The notes: generated from the sequence alone by a model not told the origin. Shown: positions 9,033-18,180, numbered from the stretch's first letter. The stretch: 58,213 bases of DNA from Nanobdellati archaeon (GCA_018304505.1 JAGVWA010000003.1:1-58213); one strand, 5' to 3'. Numbers and translations: made by a program.

Positions 9033-9143
9033 GGCGTCTTTCACACAATCAACTAGAACGTTGCGAAACCTTTTTAAACCCTTTAATTTACAATTATCAA
9101 CAACCTGATAATTCAACTAGTTTTCAGGCCAAATACAAAGGAG

Positions 9144-9212
9144 AATGTTTCGAATTGCTTGTCGAACATTGCTTATGAGGTAGAACCAGAAACAGGTTCT
9201 AACCTGTCGTAA
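9144..9212 (+). promoter_or_regulatory. Two hairpins in the probable 5' leader of rps15
   Basis: AATGTTTCGA/TCGAACATT (9144-9170) and TTATGA-GGTAGAACC/GGTTCTAACC-TG-TCGTAA (9173-9212). Confidence 0.4.
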
Positions 9213-9224
9213 TGAGGAACGAGT

Positions 9225-9683
9225 ATGGCAAGAATGCATACATCTAGAAAAGGAAAGTCTGGATCAGCCAGGCCAATTAAAAAGGAAATTCCAAAGTGGG
9301 TGCAGTACTCTAAAGAGGAAGTTGAAGAGCTAGTCACACAACTCCACAAAAACGGGCACCAGCCAAGCATAATCGGCATAACCCTGAGGGACCAGCACGG
9401 AATCCCGAGCGTTAAAAACATTACTGGTGAGTCCATTTCCCAAATTCTAAAAAGAAACCAGCTTTACCCACAGTATCCTGAAGACTTAATGAACCTCATG
9501 AGGAAAGCTGTGCGCCTCAGGAAGCACCAAGGCAACAATAAAATGGACGTGCACAACAAACGCTCACTCCACTTGACAGAATCAAAAATCAGGCGGCTCG
9601 TGAGGTATTACAAAACCACAAACTTGCTCGCAGGCAACTGGTACTACCAACCAGAAGACGCCGCATTAATAATAAAGGGATAA
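9225..9683 (+). CDS. rps15: 30S ribosomal protein S15 (uS15)
   Basis: MARMHTSRKGKSGS, LRDQHGIP, PEDL, ESKIRRLVRYYK. Confidence 0.98.
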   Translation: MARMHTSRKGKSGSARPIKKEIPKWVQYSKEEVEELVTQLHKNGHQPSIIGITLRDQHGIPSVKNITGESISQILKRNQLYPQYPEDLMNLMRKAVRLRKHQGNNKMDVHNKRSLHLTESKIRRLVRYYKTTNLLAGNWYYQPEDAALIIKG

Positions 9684-9684
9684 C

Positions 9685-10386
9685 ATGGCAAACGCTAAAA
9701 TCAAAAGGAAAAAAACCACCGACATGTGGAAGAAAAAGGAATGGTACGCCATAAAGTCCCCACGCGAGTTTGAAGAAAAAACCGTTGCAAGCACGCCCAC
9801 CGACAACCCGAAGAAGCTCGTAAACAGGATCGTCACCATTCCGTTGAGCGACATAACAGGCAATCTGAGACACCAGCCGTTAAAACTCTCGTTTAAGATC
9901 AGGGACGTGCGCGGAAAAACTGCAACTACAAAATTCCACATGTTCGAACTGGCGAGGGAATTCCTAAGAAGAAACGTTGCAAGAAACAGGTCAATGATAA
10001 CCGCAATTGAAAACCTCAGGACAAAGGATAATATCCGTGTGCAAGTGAGCGCGTATGCCTTCACTTATTCGAAGATTGACACATCAAAAAAGAACGACAT
10101 AAGAAAATTAATGATTACGAAACTCAACGAGCTGGCGTCTGAAAACAACCTAAACGCATTCATAGAGAAATCACTGCAGGGGGGAATCGCGAGCGAACTT
10201 TTCAAGGAAGCCAAAACCGTTGCACGCTTAAGGCGGCTGGAAATCGGAAAGCTTGAACTTGTTCCTGAAAAGGCAAAGAAGGAAGAAGAATTTACCGTAC
10301 ACGCAGAAGAGGAAAACCCCCCGGAGACTTCGGACGAAGCACAAGAAACACAAGAAGAGCAAGACGTAACCGCTGAGGCACAATAA
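9685..10386 (+). CDS. rps3ae: 30S ribosomal protein S3Ae (eS1)
   Basis: DMWKKKEWYAIKSP, LSDITG, LSFKI; adjacent to rps15. Confidence 0.93.
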   Translation: MANAKIKRKKTTDMWKKKEWYAIKSPREFEEKTVASTPTDNPKKLVNRIVTIPLSDITGNLRHQPLKLSFKIRDVRGKTATTKFHMFELAREFLRRNVARNRSMITAIENLRTKDNIRVQVSAYAFTYSKIDTSKKNDIRKLMITKLNELASENNLNAFIEKSLQGGIASELFKEAKTVARLRRLEIGKLELVPEKAKKEEEFTVHAEEENPPETSDEAQETQEEQDVTAEAQ

Positions 10387-11039
10387 TGATCGAGTTATTG
10401 TTACCAATAGCACTTGCAGGCATAATTCTAAAAGTACGGGCACTGGACCTAAGCGGCGCGATAGGCGTCATCATCCTTTCTTACTTAGTGATTGTGCCAC
10501 AAAACGTGACGTGGCTCTATCCCATCTTGTTCAGCTTCCTTATTATCACAATAGCCACAAAAATCAGGTACCGCGGGCAAGAACGGCACGAAGTAAGGAC
10601 TATAGAGAACGTTCTGGCCAACGGCGGCGTTGCAGTGGCCATGGCCTTTTTCGGGCACTTCTACGGTTTCCTCGGTGCATTATCAACGGCGACCGCAGAC
10701 TCAATAAGCAGCGAAGTCGGCAAACTCGGGAAGGAAAAGCCGCGCATGATAACAGACCTCCGCAAGTTCGTACAAAAAGGAACCAACGGCGGCGTCACCT
10801 TCTTCGGTACAACAGTGGGCTTAATAGCAGCAGGCCTCATAGGCATCATGGCAACCATTATCCTAAACGAGCCCAAGACCATCATTATAGCTGCACTCGC
10901 CGGGACCCTCGGAAACCTCGCTGATTCCTGGTTCGGCGCGGTGTTTGAAAACAAGCGATACCTAGACAACGCGGGCACGAACTTCCTCGCAACAAGCGCA
11001 GGAAGCCTTGCTGGCATCATATTGGGAAGCTTTTTATAA
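10386..11039 (+). CDS. DUF92/TMEM19 membrane protein
   Basis: NVLANGG, ATADSISSEVG, GTNGGVT, DSWFGA, TNF. Confidence 0.92.
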   Translation: MIELLLPIALAGIILKVRALDLSGAIGVIILSYLVIVPQNVTWLYPILFSFLIITIATKIRYRGQERHEVRTIENVLANGGVAVAMAFFGHFYGFLGALSTATADSISSEVGKLGKEKPRMITDLRKFVQKGTNGGVTFFGTTVGLIAAGLIGIMATIILNEPKTIIIAALAGTLGNLADSWFGAVFENKRYLDNAGTNFLATSAGSLAGIILGSFL

Positions 11040-11087
11040 ACCAAACTACACATTCAATAACGCAAACAAAAAACGCCAAATAAACGC

Positions 11088-11338
11088 AGTGCCGTAGTCT
11101 AGTGGCCATATTGCCATCGCAAGATGCAATGCCATAAAAGGATGCGGGGCTTTGAACCCCGTGACGGCGGTTCGAAACAAGGGACTTCGCCTACAACAAA
11201 ACATGATTTTGTTGAGGCCTCAAAGAACTACGTTCTTTGCAGACCCTCTTGACACCTGAAGCACTGCACTCGCCTTCGGCGAGGCAGAGCAAAAGCAAGA
11301 ACAAGACGGGGTCTTTTGCGAATGTCCGCCCGGCACTA
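11088..11338 (+). tRNA. tRNA-Gln(UUG) with two introns: D-loop 11108-11137 (30 nt) and T-loop 59/60 11177-11324 (148 nt)
   Basis: Acceptor AGTGCCG/CGGCACT+A, D stem GTCT/GGAT, anticodon arm CGGGG-CT-TTG-AA-CCCCG, T arm GGCGG-TTCGAA|T-CCGCC; BHB motifs at both junctions; CCA not encoded. Confidence 0.92.
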
Positions 11339-11364
11339 TGCCATTTTTTTTGCTTGTGGCCTTT

Positions 11365-11736
11365 TTATTCTAGCCCTTTTAAAAATGTGCTTAGGGCATC
11401 GCGGCTTTCTGCTTCGTGCCGCGCGACAGACGCGGCAAAGTCCATGCTCAAACACGAAACCACAGGCGTGTCCCTGAGCGCGCTTATCACTGCCCGATTT
11501 GCATCTAAACCGGTGTGCCTCAACATCCTGCAATTGGGGAATAACTCAAAGGCCACCATACCAGGGACATGACACCTTCCTTCAACTGCCCCTCTCGTGG
11601 CGACAACTAACCTCTTAGAATCGACACTCGCGTCCGCGTGCAGTACGGTGAGCTCCTTGCTCGAAACACCCATGCGTATTTCATTAGCAATCTCCATGCG
11701 CGCATTGCTCGACTCTGCTTCTATCGTTTTCCACAC
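11365..11736 (-). CDS. Small orphan protein, probable MW-start group (GTG-TGG; MWKTIEAE..., 123 aa)
   Basis: GTG-TGG at 11736 preceded by AAGGGGG; the track start at 11766 lies inside a tandem repeat. Confidence 0.55.
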   Translation of the reverse strand: MWKTIEAESSNARMEIANEIRMGVSSKELTVLHADASVDSKRLVVATRGAVEGRCHVPGMVAFELFPNCRMLRHTGLDANRAVISALRDTPVVSCLSMDFAASVARHEAESRDALSTFLKGLE

Positions 11737-11751
11737 ATTCCATTCCCCCTT

Positions 11752-11802
11752 ATTGATTTCAGTCATTGATTTCAGTCATTAATTTCAATCATTGATTTCA
11801 GT
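11752..11802. repeat. 13-nt tandem repeat ATTGATTTCAGTC, about 4 copies
   Basis: Units at 11752, 11765, 11778 (2 mismatches) and 11791; last unit overlaps the KaiC-like stop codon. Confidence 0.9.
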
Positions 11803-12487
11803 AGTAATACGGCAGCACCCGCACCCCTGATTTTCCAACCTCAAGCCGATGCAACTTCGCGGAGTGGCTTGTGCCAAGCATTTTCTTTACCCGCAGTGAT
11901 GGCTTGTTTTCGCTGTCCTCTTTTTCAAAGAAGGTCTCAATGATGCCGTCCATGACGAACTCTTCGACGTGTTCAACAATTTTTTCGTCTGATTCCTCGG
12001 CAATAAACAACGTCGTGACGCCTTTTTCTTTCATGAGTTTTGAAATGGTAAACATGATGGTTCTGAATTCACTCTGGTCCTTGATCTCTAGCGCTATCGG
12101 GGTTATTGCGTCAAAAACAACGCGCTTGATTCCAGTCGAGTCAATGAGCTTTATCAGGTTTATGACGATGTCGCTTCGCAGCGTTTTCATTGCAAACTTG
12201 GGCAGCTCAACAGGGTCGTACACCGTGAAAAGAAGCTTGTCCTGGTCCTGCAAGGCCTGGATGTCCCACCCGAACTTCTCAGCATCCCACTGCAGTTCAG
12301 TGTCAAAGGCCTCGATTGAAATGTACAGCCCCGGCTGGTCGTGCTCTGCGCCGTAAACCAGGTACTGCAGGCCTATGAGGCTCTTCATGGCACCAGCTGG
12401 CCCACTAATGAGTATTGACGCGGATTCAGGAAATCCACCCTCAACTAATTCGTCTAGGCCTTCAATGCCTGTGCTAATGCGTTCCAT
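11798..12487 (-). CDS. KaiC/RAD55-like single-domain RecA-family ATPase
   Basis: RISTGIEGLDELVEGGFP, variant Walker A GPAGAMKS, RVVFD, EEFVMDGII, LRVKKM. Confidence 0.9.
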   Translation of the reverse strand: MERISTGIEGLDELVEGGFPESASILISGPAGAMKSLIGLQYLVYGAEHDQPGLYISIEAFDTELQWDAEKFGWDIQALQDQDKLLFTVYDPVELPKFAMKTLRSDIVINLIKLIDSTGIKRVVFDAITPIALEIKDQSEFRTIMFTISKLMKEKGVTTLFIAEESDEKIVEHVEEFVMDGIIETFFEKEDSENKPSLRVKKMLGTSHSAKLHRLEVGKSGVRVLPYYY

Positions 12488-12562
12488 TGTTATGAAATAA
12501 CGAATCCGGGGTTTTTAAACTCTTTCCAAGAATTCACAGGAGGCTCTTCCAGAATTCAGAAT

Positions 12563-14104
12563 TCAGAGCAGCTTGTTTATCACTTGGCCGTAAGCCGGCC
12601 GCGCGATGCCGACACCGATTAAGGATCCGATGATGGTAGTGATGGCAAAGCCTTTCAAGACGCCAAGGCCCACAAACAAGAGGGGAAGCATAGCGAAAAT
12701 AGTTGTTGCGGCCGCCATCATGATGACGCCGAATGCCTTCTTGATCTTCCCTACAAGCGAGACGCCGGTTGCTTCGCCCTCTTTTCTAAGCGCCTCGTCA
12801 GTAATCAAAATCAGGTGGTCAACGCCAGTACCGACAGCAGCAATGATTCCAGCTACCGCAGCCAGGTCAATTTGCCACCGTATCAGCGACGCAAGGCCCA
12901 AAATTAGGATTAACTCTGACACCACAGTGGCTATAATCGGGACCGTCAAAACAAGGCGCCTGTACCTAAGGAATATCACCAACGCGACTGCAACAATAGC
13001 TGCCAGGCCCGCCAACAGGGAATAGTACAAGAATTCGCCGCCAAGGATTGGGGAAATGGTTGAAACGCCGCCGACCGCTACTGAAACCGGCAGCTTTCCT
13101 GACTTGAGGAGGATCGCGACCTTTTCAAGTTCCTGCTGTGCCTCTTTCTGCGTTGGCGCGCTGCCTGTTATGGTTGGCTCGAGAACCGGTGTTCCTGCCG
13201 TAATGCTCGGCGTAACGTGAACAATGTTCTCGATGTTCAAGGCCCCAGTTATCCAATACGGCCCTATCTGGTCTTTCTCAATGACCTTGGCTGCCGATTC
13301 CGCAAGGAGGGTTGCGTTAAAAGTGCCTGGCTTTACGACGACAGTCTTGTTCGCGACCCTGTCGATTACCGAGGCGTCTATCAAATCTGTCACGATGAGT
13401 TCGGCTTGCGAAAACTGCACCAGTTCTTCAAGCGAAATTAATGTTGACGAGAAGGCAAAGTCCTCGGGTATCTGCGACTCATTTTGCGCCATCTCGCTTG
13501 TCATAATAACTACGGCGTCTTCTGGCCTGTCGATGAACATGTACAGCTGCTCTTGGCACGTCTGCCCGCCGATGCTCAGGGTGCACTGCCCCTCGATGGC
13601 GTCTGCGAACTTGTCTGCCGCGCCAGTGGAAAGCAGGAACGGGACGACCCATTCTGCGTAGCCGCCGCCAACACTGCCGCGGACTCCGTAGCCCCTCTGC
13701 GGGTTCGTTGTCACTGAAACAATTCCAGACCCAGTGAGCACTATGTTGCCCTTGAACAGGGTCTCGAATTTACCCTGCTGGCTCAGGATGTTCTGAAGCT
13801 GGTTTATCGCTTCCTGGTCCGTCTCGGCTATCTCTATTAAAACAAAATCCTTGCCAAAAGGCACTACGCGGACGTCTTTCAGGCCAAACGTGTTGAGCCT
13901 TGACTGCATTACATTAATGACAGATTGCTGTTCTTCAACAGTCAGCTGCCGTTCCAGCTTAACGCTAAGAACCGTGCCACCTGTGAAGTCCCTGCCGAAT
14001 TCTAAGCCGAAGAAAACCAAGGGCAGGATGCCGAAAACCAAGATTGCTACTGCGAGCAACTGCACGCGACGTATCTTCATTATCCCATTAATGTCCACTA
14101 CCAT
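12563..14104 (-). CDS. secD: Protein translocase subunit SecD
   Basis: FGRDFTGG, RLNTFGL, LKSGKLPV, ISPILG, GTGVDH, LKGFAITTIIG. Confidence 0.95.
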   Translation of the reverse strand: MVVDINGIMKIRRVQLLAVAILVFGILPLVFFGLEFGRDFTGGTVLSVKLERQLTVEEQQSVINVMQSRLNTFGLKDVRVVPFGKDFVLIEIAETDQEAINQLQNILSQQGKFETLFKGNIVLTGSGIVSVTTNPQRGYGVRGSVGGGYAEWVVPFLLSTGAADKFADAIEGQCTLSIGGQTCQEQLYMFIDRPEDAVVIMTSEMAQNESQIPEDFAFSSTLISLEELVQFSQAELIVTDLIDASVIDRVANKTVVVKPGTFNATLLAESAAKVIEKDQIGPYWITGALNIENIVHVTPSITAGTPVLEPTITGSAPTQKEAQQELEKVAILLKSGKLPVSVAVGGVSTISPILGGEFLYYSLLAGLAAIVAVALVIFLRYRRLVLTVPIIATVVSELILILGLASLIRWQIDLAAVAGIIAAVGTGVDHLILITDEALRKEGEATGVSLVGKIKKAFGVIMMAAATTIFAMLPLLFVGLGVLKGFAITTIIGSLIGVGIARPAYGQVINKLL

Positions 14105-14105
14105 T

Positions 14106-15101
14106 TCAAATCACTTTCCTCGTTTTCTTTTCCGACAGCCAGATGACTATCGGTGCGTTCACTAGCCACGTCGCCAGCAGGTCGCCGATGAGGCCTATAA
14201 ATATTATTAGTGAAATGTTCGCCAGCACCGCGATGCTCGTCAGCGATGACACAACATACATCGCGAGGACTGCTGCCAGCGTCGTTCCAGTCATTGTTAA
14301 ACCAGTGTGCATTGCCCACATGGCCCGCTCGCTGGCCTTTCCGGCCTTTCTCTTCATCACCCTCTCAGTTAGCATTATGTCCGTGTCTACTGAATAACCG
14401 ATCAGCATCAACAGAGGCGCGATGGTCGGCAGTGATAGAGGAATGCCCAGGATGCTCATTGCCCCCAGGGAGAATAGAACGTCGAAAAACGCGGCCTGGA
14501 TCACCGCAAACGAAACCATGATGCGCCTAAAGAAGATGAATACCAGGAGGATTATAAGTATGAATGAGAAAATAAGCGCGTTCTGCCCCTGCTGCCAAAA
14601 GAAGCTCCCAAGGCTCGGCCCTACGTCCTGGACGCTGAAATCAGTCTTGCCGACACCGGTTCTTGAGGCAATTGACGCTATGAGCTTGTTCTTGAAGCCC
14701 TCCCTCGCCTGGCTGTAGTAGGCTTCCGCATTCTCCTTTTTGTCTCCAGTTTCGACTATAGTAGTTGTGGGCCGCAGGGTTTCTATTACAGCGTCATAGT
14801 TCTCCGAATTTATGAAGCCCTCTGCCTTGAGCAGCGTCGATTCGCCGAGGAACTGGATCTGTATTCCGGGCGACACACCGCTCGTGGTGCGTACTTCGAG
14901 CTCTTCAATGGCGAATTCACTTAAGAGGGCTTGCGACAATTCATTCTGGTCAACTGGCTGATTCAGGGGCGCGTTAATCAAGACGCCTCCGCGCAGGTCG
15001 ATGCCGAGCTTCAGGCCGGGCAGCAAAAGCGCGCTGATTATGGCCACCACGAGAGGGATAATAATCAGCTTTTTATAATGCTTGTTATCATAAATGTTCA
15101 T
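14106..15101 (-). CDS. secF: Protein translocase subunit SecF
   Basis: LGIDLRGG, VGPSLG, LMLIGYSVDTDIML, TGLTMT. Confidence 0.95.
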   Translation of the reverse strand: MNIYDNKHYKKLIIIPLVVAIISALLLPGLKLGIDLRGGVLINAPLNQPVDQNELSQALLSEFAIEELEVRTTSGVSPGIQIQFLGESTLLKAEGFINSENYDAVIETLRPTTTIVETGDKKENAEAYYSQAREGFKNKLIASIASRTGVGKTDFSVQDVGPSLGSFFWQQGQNALIFSFILIILLVFIFFRRIMVSFAVIQAAFFDVLFSLGAMSILGIPLSLPTIAPLLMLIGYSVDTDIMLTERVMKRKAGKASERAMWAMHTGLTMTGTTLAAVLAMYVVSSLTSIAVLANISLIIFIGLIGDLLATWLVNAPIVIWLSEKKTRKVI

Positions 15102-15149
15102 AGGTACTTCACAAGCCGTTCATGTCGTGTTTCGTCGTTCAGGTTCCGG

Positions 15150-15180
15150 GTTTGGATTCCGTTGTTTGGATTCCGTTGTT
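15150..15180. repeat. 14-nt tandem duplication GTTTGGATTCCGTT x2
   Basis: Exact adjacent copies in the secF/trmI divergent spacer. Confidence 0.8.
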
Positions 15181-15202
15181 CGATCTGTCCTAGGTGTCTT
15201 TC

Positions 15203-15919
15203 ATGAAATTAATGCTGCTCCATTCGTCTGGAAACAAGGTCCTGTATGACCTAGATAAAGAGCAAATCCACACCAAATACGGCATACTTCTGAAAAGTGA
15301 GGTTAATAAACCTTATGGGTCTATCCTAAAAGCCCCTAATGGGGGCGAATTCGTTGTCCTTGAACCGAGCATCCTCGACTTGGTAGAGGGCATGAAGATG
15401 TCATCTAAGCCCATCTTTCCCTACGACTCAGGCATCATGGCGTCGCTGTTGAATATAAAGCCCGGTAAGCGCGTCCTGGAATCGGGTACGGGCTCTGGGG
15501 GCTTCACAACTTACCTCGCAGAACTCGGGGCAGTCGTTGTTACATACGAAAAGAACCCCGACTTTTTCAAGACCGCACAACTCAACCTACGCCAGTACAA
15601 GAACGTGAAGCTCCTCAATGATGACGTTTACAATGCACAGGAAAGCGGCTTTGATTCCATATTTCTCGACTTACAATACCCTGGCAAGGCCATCGAGGCA
15701 CTGCACTTGAAATTGAACCCTGGCGGCTTCCTTGGAGTATTTACCCCCATTTTGGATGACGTAAAACCCGTGTGGGAAACGCTTGCTGAACTTGGCTTCA
15801 GCGAAATCAGGGCCCTTCAATTTGATGTCAAGGAACTGCAGGTGAAAAAGTACCTGCGCGTCAAAGGCCCGCTGGGCTTCCCGGGCTTTTTCATCTGGGC
15901 CAGGAAGATCAAGAAATAA
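15203..15919 (+). CDS. trmI: tRNA (adenine-N1)-methyltransferase TrmI/Gcd14
   Basis: IHTKYG, VLESGTGSG, VTYEKNPDF, FLDL, PGG. Confidence 0.85.
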   Translation: MKLMLLHSSGNKVLYDLDKEQIHTKYGILLKSEVNKPYGSILKAPNGGEFVVLEPSILDLVEGMKMSSKPIFPYDSGIMASLLNIKPGKRVLESGTGSGGFTTYLAELGAVVVTYEKNPDFFKTAQLNLRQYKNVKLLNDDVYNAQESGFDSIFLDLQYPGKAIEALHLKLNPGGFLGVFTPILDDVKPVWETLAELGFSEIRALQFDVKELQVKKYLRVKGPLGFPGFFIWARKIKK

Positions 15920-15944
15920 AAACCCCAAGCGCATAGGAATAAAC

Positions 15945-16289
15945 ATGGCACGCTACGGAGTCGGCATCATTGAACAGCTCATCATTCTGGCGAGCGTCAT
16001 CGCGATAGTCAGCATGGTCATCCTTACTGCGCTTAGCATTTTCCTTCCAGCGAATTCGCTAAGCACTTACGACAGGTGCATTCTCAGCGCAACAAAGTGC
16101 GCGTCAAACCTCGCGAAAAACCGCAGCTATGAATGCGCGCCCGCGTGCGCAGAGGCTTGTACTGATCAGGGAACAGGAAGGGACTACTGGAACAACAACG
16201 AAAAAACGTATGACGTACCTTCAGCTGGATTCATAGACTGCCCGCCTGGAACGGCGTGCTACGCGTGCAGCAGAGGGACATTCAGGTAA
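15945..16289 (+). CDS. Small Cys-rich protein with a class III (type IV prepilin-like) signal peptide
   Basis: MARYG|VGIIE (Gly at -1, Glu at +5), then a hydrophobic helix; 8 Cys in the C-terminal part. Confidence 0.6.
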   Translation: MARYGVGIIEQLIILASVIAIVSMVILTALSIFLPANSLSTYDRCILSATKCASNLAKNRSYECAPACAEACTDQGTGRDYWNNNEKTYDVPSAGFIDCPPGTACYACSRGTFR

Positions 16290-16315
16290 AGGTTGTTGTG
16301 GTTTGGTGAAACGCA

Positions 16316-16951
16316 ATGGTTGAAAAAGTGTTCTGGCAGGACCCATACAAAACTGAACTTGACGCCGTTGTGACAAGGGCGCACGGCAACTCGATTTGGG
16401 TAGACAAGACAATCTTCTTCGCCTTCTCTGGGGGCCAGGCAAGCGACAAGGGCACGTTTAACAACATCAACGTTGTCGAGGCAGTAAAAGAGGAAGACAC
16501 GGACGATATTCATTATGTGCTCGAGAGCAACCCATTCAAACCAGGAGACAGGATACACATGACCATCGATGCAGAGCACAGAATGAGGATCATGCGGCTG
16601 CACGGTGCGGCGCATGTTGTCGATTATTTTGTCCTGCCAAAACTCGGAAATCCAGAAACCATTGGAAGCAACGTGCATGAAGACAAGGCCCGGCTGGACT
16701 TTGCGTACCCTGAAAGCATCGCGCCGATGATGGCAGAGCTCCAAAAGGAAATCGACGTGTTTTTGTCAGAACCGCATGCCATCAGTGTCAGGGAAGGTAC
16801 TGATGACCTGCGTCATTGGATTTGCGAAGAAATCGACCTGCCCTGTGGAGGAACCCACTTGAAAAACACAGCCGAGATCGGCGAAATCAAACTCAGGCGG
16901 AAGAACATCGGCGCGGGCAAGGAACGAATCGAGATTACCTTGCTGGCCTAG
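16316..16951 (+). CDS. alaX: AlaX trans-editing protein (alanyl-tRNA deacylase)
   Basis: TIFFAFSGGQASD, HGAAH, CGGTH, EIG. Confidence 0.92.
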   Translation: MVEKVFWQDPYKTELDAVVTRAHGNSIWVDKTIFFAFSGGQASDKGTFNNINVVEAVKEEDTDDIHYVLESNPFKPGDRIHMTIDAEHRMRIMRLHGAAHVVDYFVLPKLGNPETIGSNVHEDKARLDFAYPESIAPMMAELQKEIDVFLSEPHAISVREGTDDLRHWICEEIDLPCGGTHLKNTAEIGEIKLRRKNIGAGKERIEITLLA

Positions 16952-17006
16952 CCCCTGCGGGTTAACAAAAGCTTTTTATTCTAGAAGTGTATAATATTGT
17001 ATAAAT

Positions 17007-17489
17007 ATGTTGACGATTGTGTTTGATGCGGACGGTCTCATCAAGCTTGCACGGGCAGGCATCCTAGAGCGAGTTGCTTCACTTATACATTGTATCACGT
17101 CACAACAGGTATATAATGAAACAATGCGAGGAAAGGAAAAAATGTATGAAGATGCATTCATCATAGACGCGCTTGTAGAAAAAGGCTCGATTGAAGTTAA
17201 AAGGATCAAGCCAACTGAAGGGCTTCTGGGCCTTGGATTAGGGGAAAGGTCGGCACTTGCCCTGTTCAATAAAATACAGGGTGATGCTATCATCAGCGAT
17301 GACCGAAAATTCCTTGCAGTTTTAGAAACCGTTGATATTCCCTTCATCATCCCTACAGATTTGATTGCAATGCTTGCAGTACATAAAAAGCTTCAAAAAA
17401 CAGAAGCCATAAAAGCACTTGAAGTACTGCGGCCTTTTGTGCGCGAGGAGAATTATACGGCTGCTAGTGAACTTATTGGAGGTGACTAA
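17007..17489 (+). CDS. PIN-domain (VapC-like) toxin
   Basis: IVFDADGLIKL, VYNE, LGLGERSAL, IISDDRKF. Confidence 0.85.
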   Translation: MLTIVFDADGLIKLARAGILERVASLIHCITSQQVYNETMRGKEKMYEDAFIIDALVEKGSIEVKRIKPTEGLLGLGLGERSALALFNKIQGDAIISDDRKFLAVLETVDIPFIIPTDLIAMLAVHKKLQKTEAIKALEVLRPFVREENYTAASELIGGD

Positions 17490-17492
17490 AAT

Positions 17493-17807
17493 ATGGAAAC
17501 CGTTGCATATCCACTACGTGTACCAACAGAAATCATTGCTCTAGCTAAACTCCGGGCCAAAGAGGAATACGTGGACCAGTCTACTGCTCTGCGACAGCTA
17601 CTCTACCTTGGGGCAGAAGAATACATCCTAAGCCTCACAGAGACAGGACGGATCTCTGTTGGAAGGGGCGCTGAACTACTCAAGACCTCTGTACAGGACA
17701 TTTACAGACTTGCAGAAAAACATGGGGTACGGCTTGGCGCCACTCAAGAACAGCGCAAAAAGAGCTTAGCAACAACAAAAAAAATCGGTGAAAAACCACT
17801 GCCTTAA
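17493..17807 (+). CDS. UPF0175-family antitoxin
   Basis: DQSTALRQLL...GRISVGRGAELL...LAEKHGV, directly after the PIN gene. Confidence 0.8.
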   Translation: METVAYPLRVPTEIIALAKLRAKEEYVDQSTALRQLLYLGAEEYILSLTETGRISVGRGAELLKTSVQDIYRLAEKHGVRLGATQEQRKKSLATTKKIGEKPLP

Positions 17808-18180
17808 GTAACACCTGCTGGTTAAGAGCTAACGTTTTAACCCCCTTATCGTTAGTAAAAATCGGCATTGACCTGCTCTTAGCAACCGCAACAATACGCC
17901 GGTCTGGAATGTCTAATCTCTTGCCATAATCATCAAGGAAATTCTCCCACTGCCTAGCCATCTGCTTTTCTTGAACGGTTGTGATAATTCTTTCATAAGC
18001 CCCATAATGACCCTCAAGCTCAGAGAGCAGTGGCAAGATTTTATAAAATCGATAGTCTCTTTTACATTCTAAGAAAACTTCCCCAAGCACCCCGATCTTT
18101 AAATCACTGTTTTTGATGTCCCGAAAAAAGCGCACAGCATACTGCTTTCCTTCAGCACACTGGTTTAAACCCGCTGACGG
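17800..18180 (-). pseudogene. N-terminally truncated PIN-domain remnant
   Basis: LDIPDRRIVAVA...IFTNDKG PIN C-terminal motifs; no start or first Asp motif after the tgtA stop; frame runs on antisense into the UPF0175 gene; boundaries approximate. Confidence 0.55.

Noticed and set aside
8762-9116. Minus-strand Phe/Cys-rich repeat ORFs in the track
   Set aside because: Antisense shadows of the basic repeat protein at 8889..9032, which has the promoter and a plausible composition.
11237-11572. ORFs overlapping the tRNA intron (possible homing endonuclease)
   Set aside because: They extend beyond the intron and have no LAGLIDADG or HNH motif. The intron is too short to encode one.
11752-11802. 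CRISPR-like array
   Set aside because: Head-to-tail 13-nt units with no spacers.
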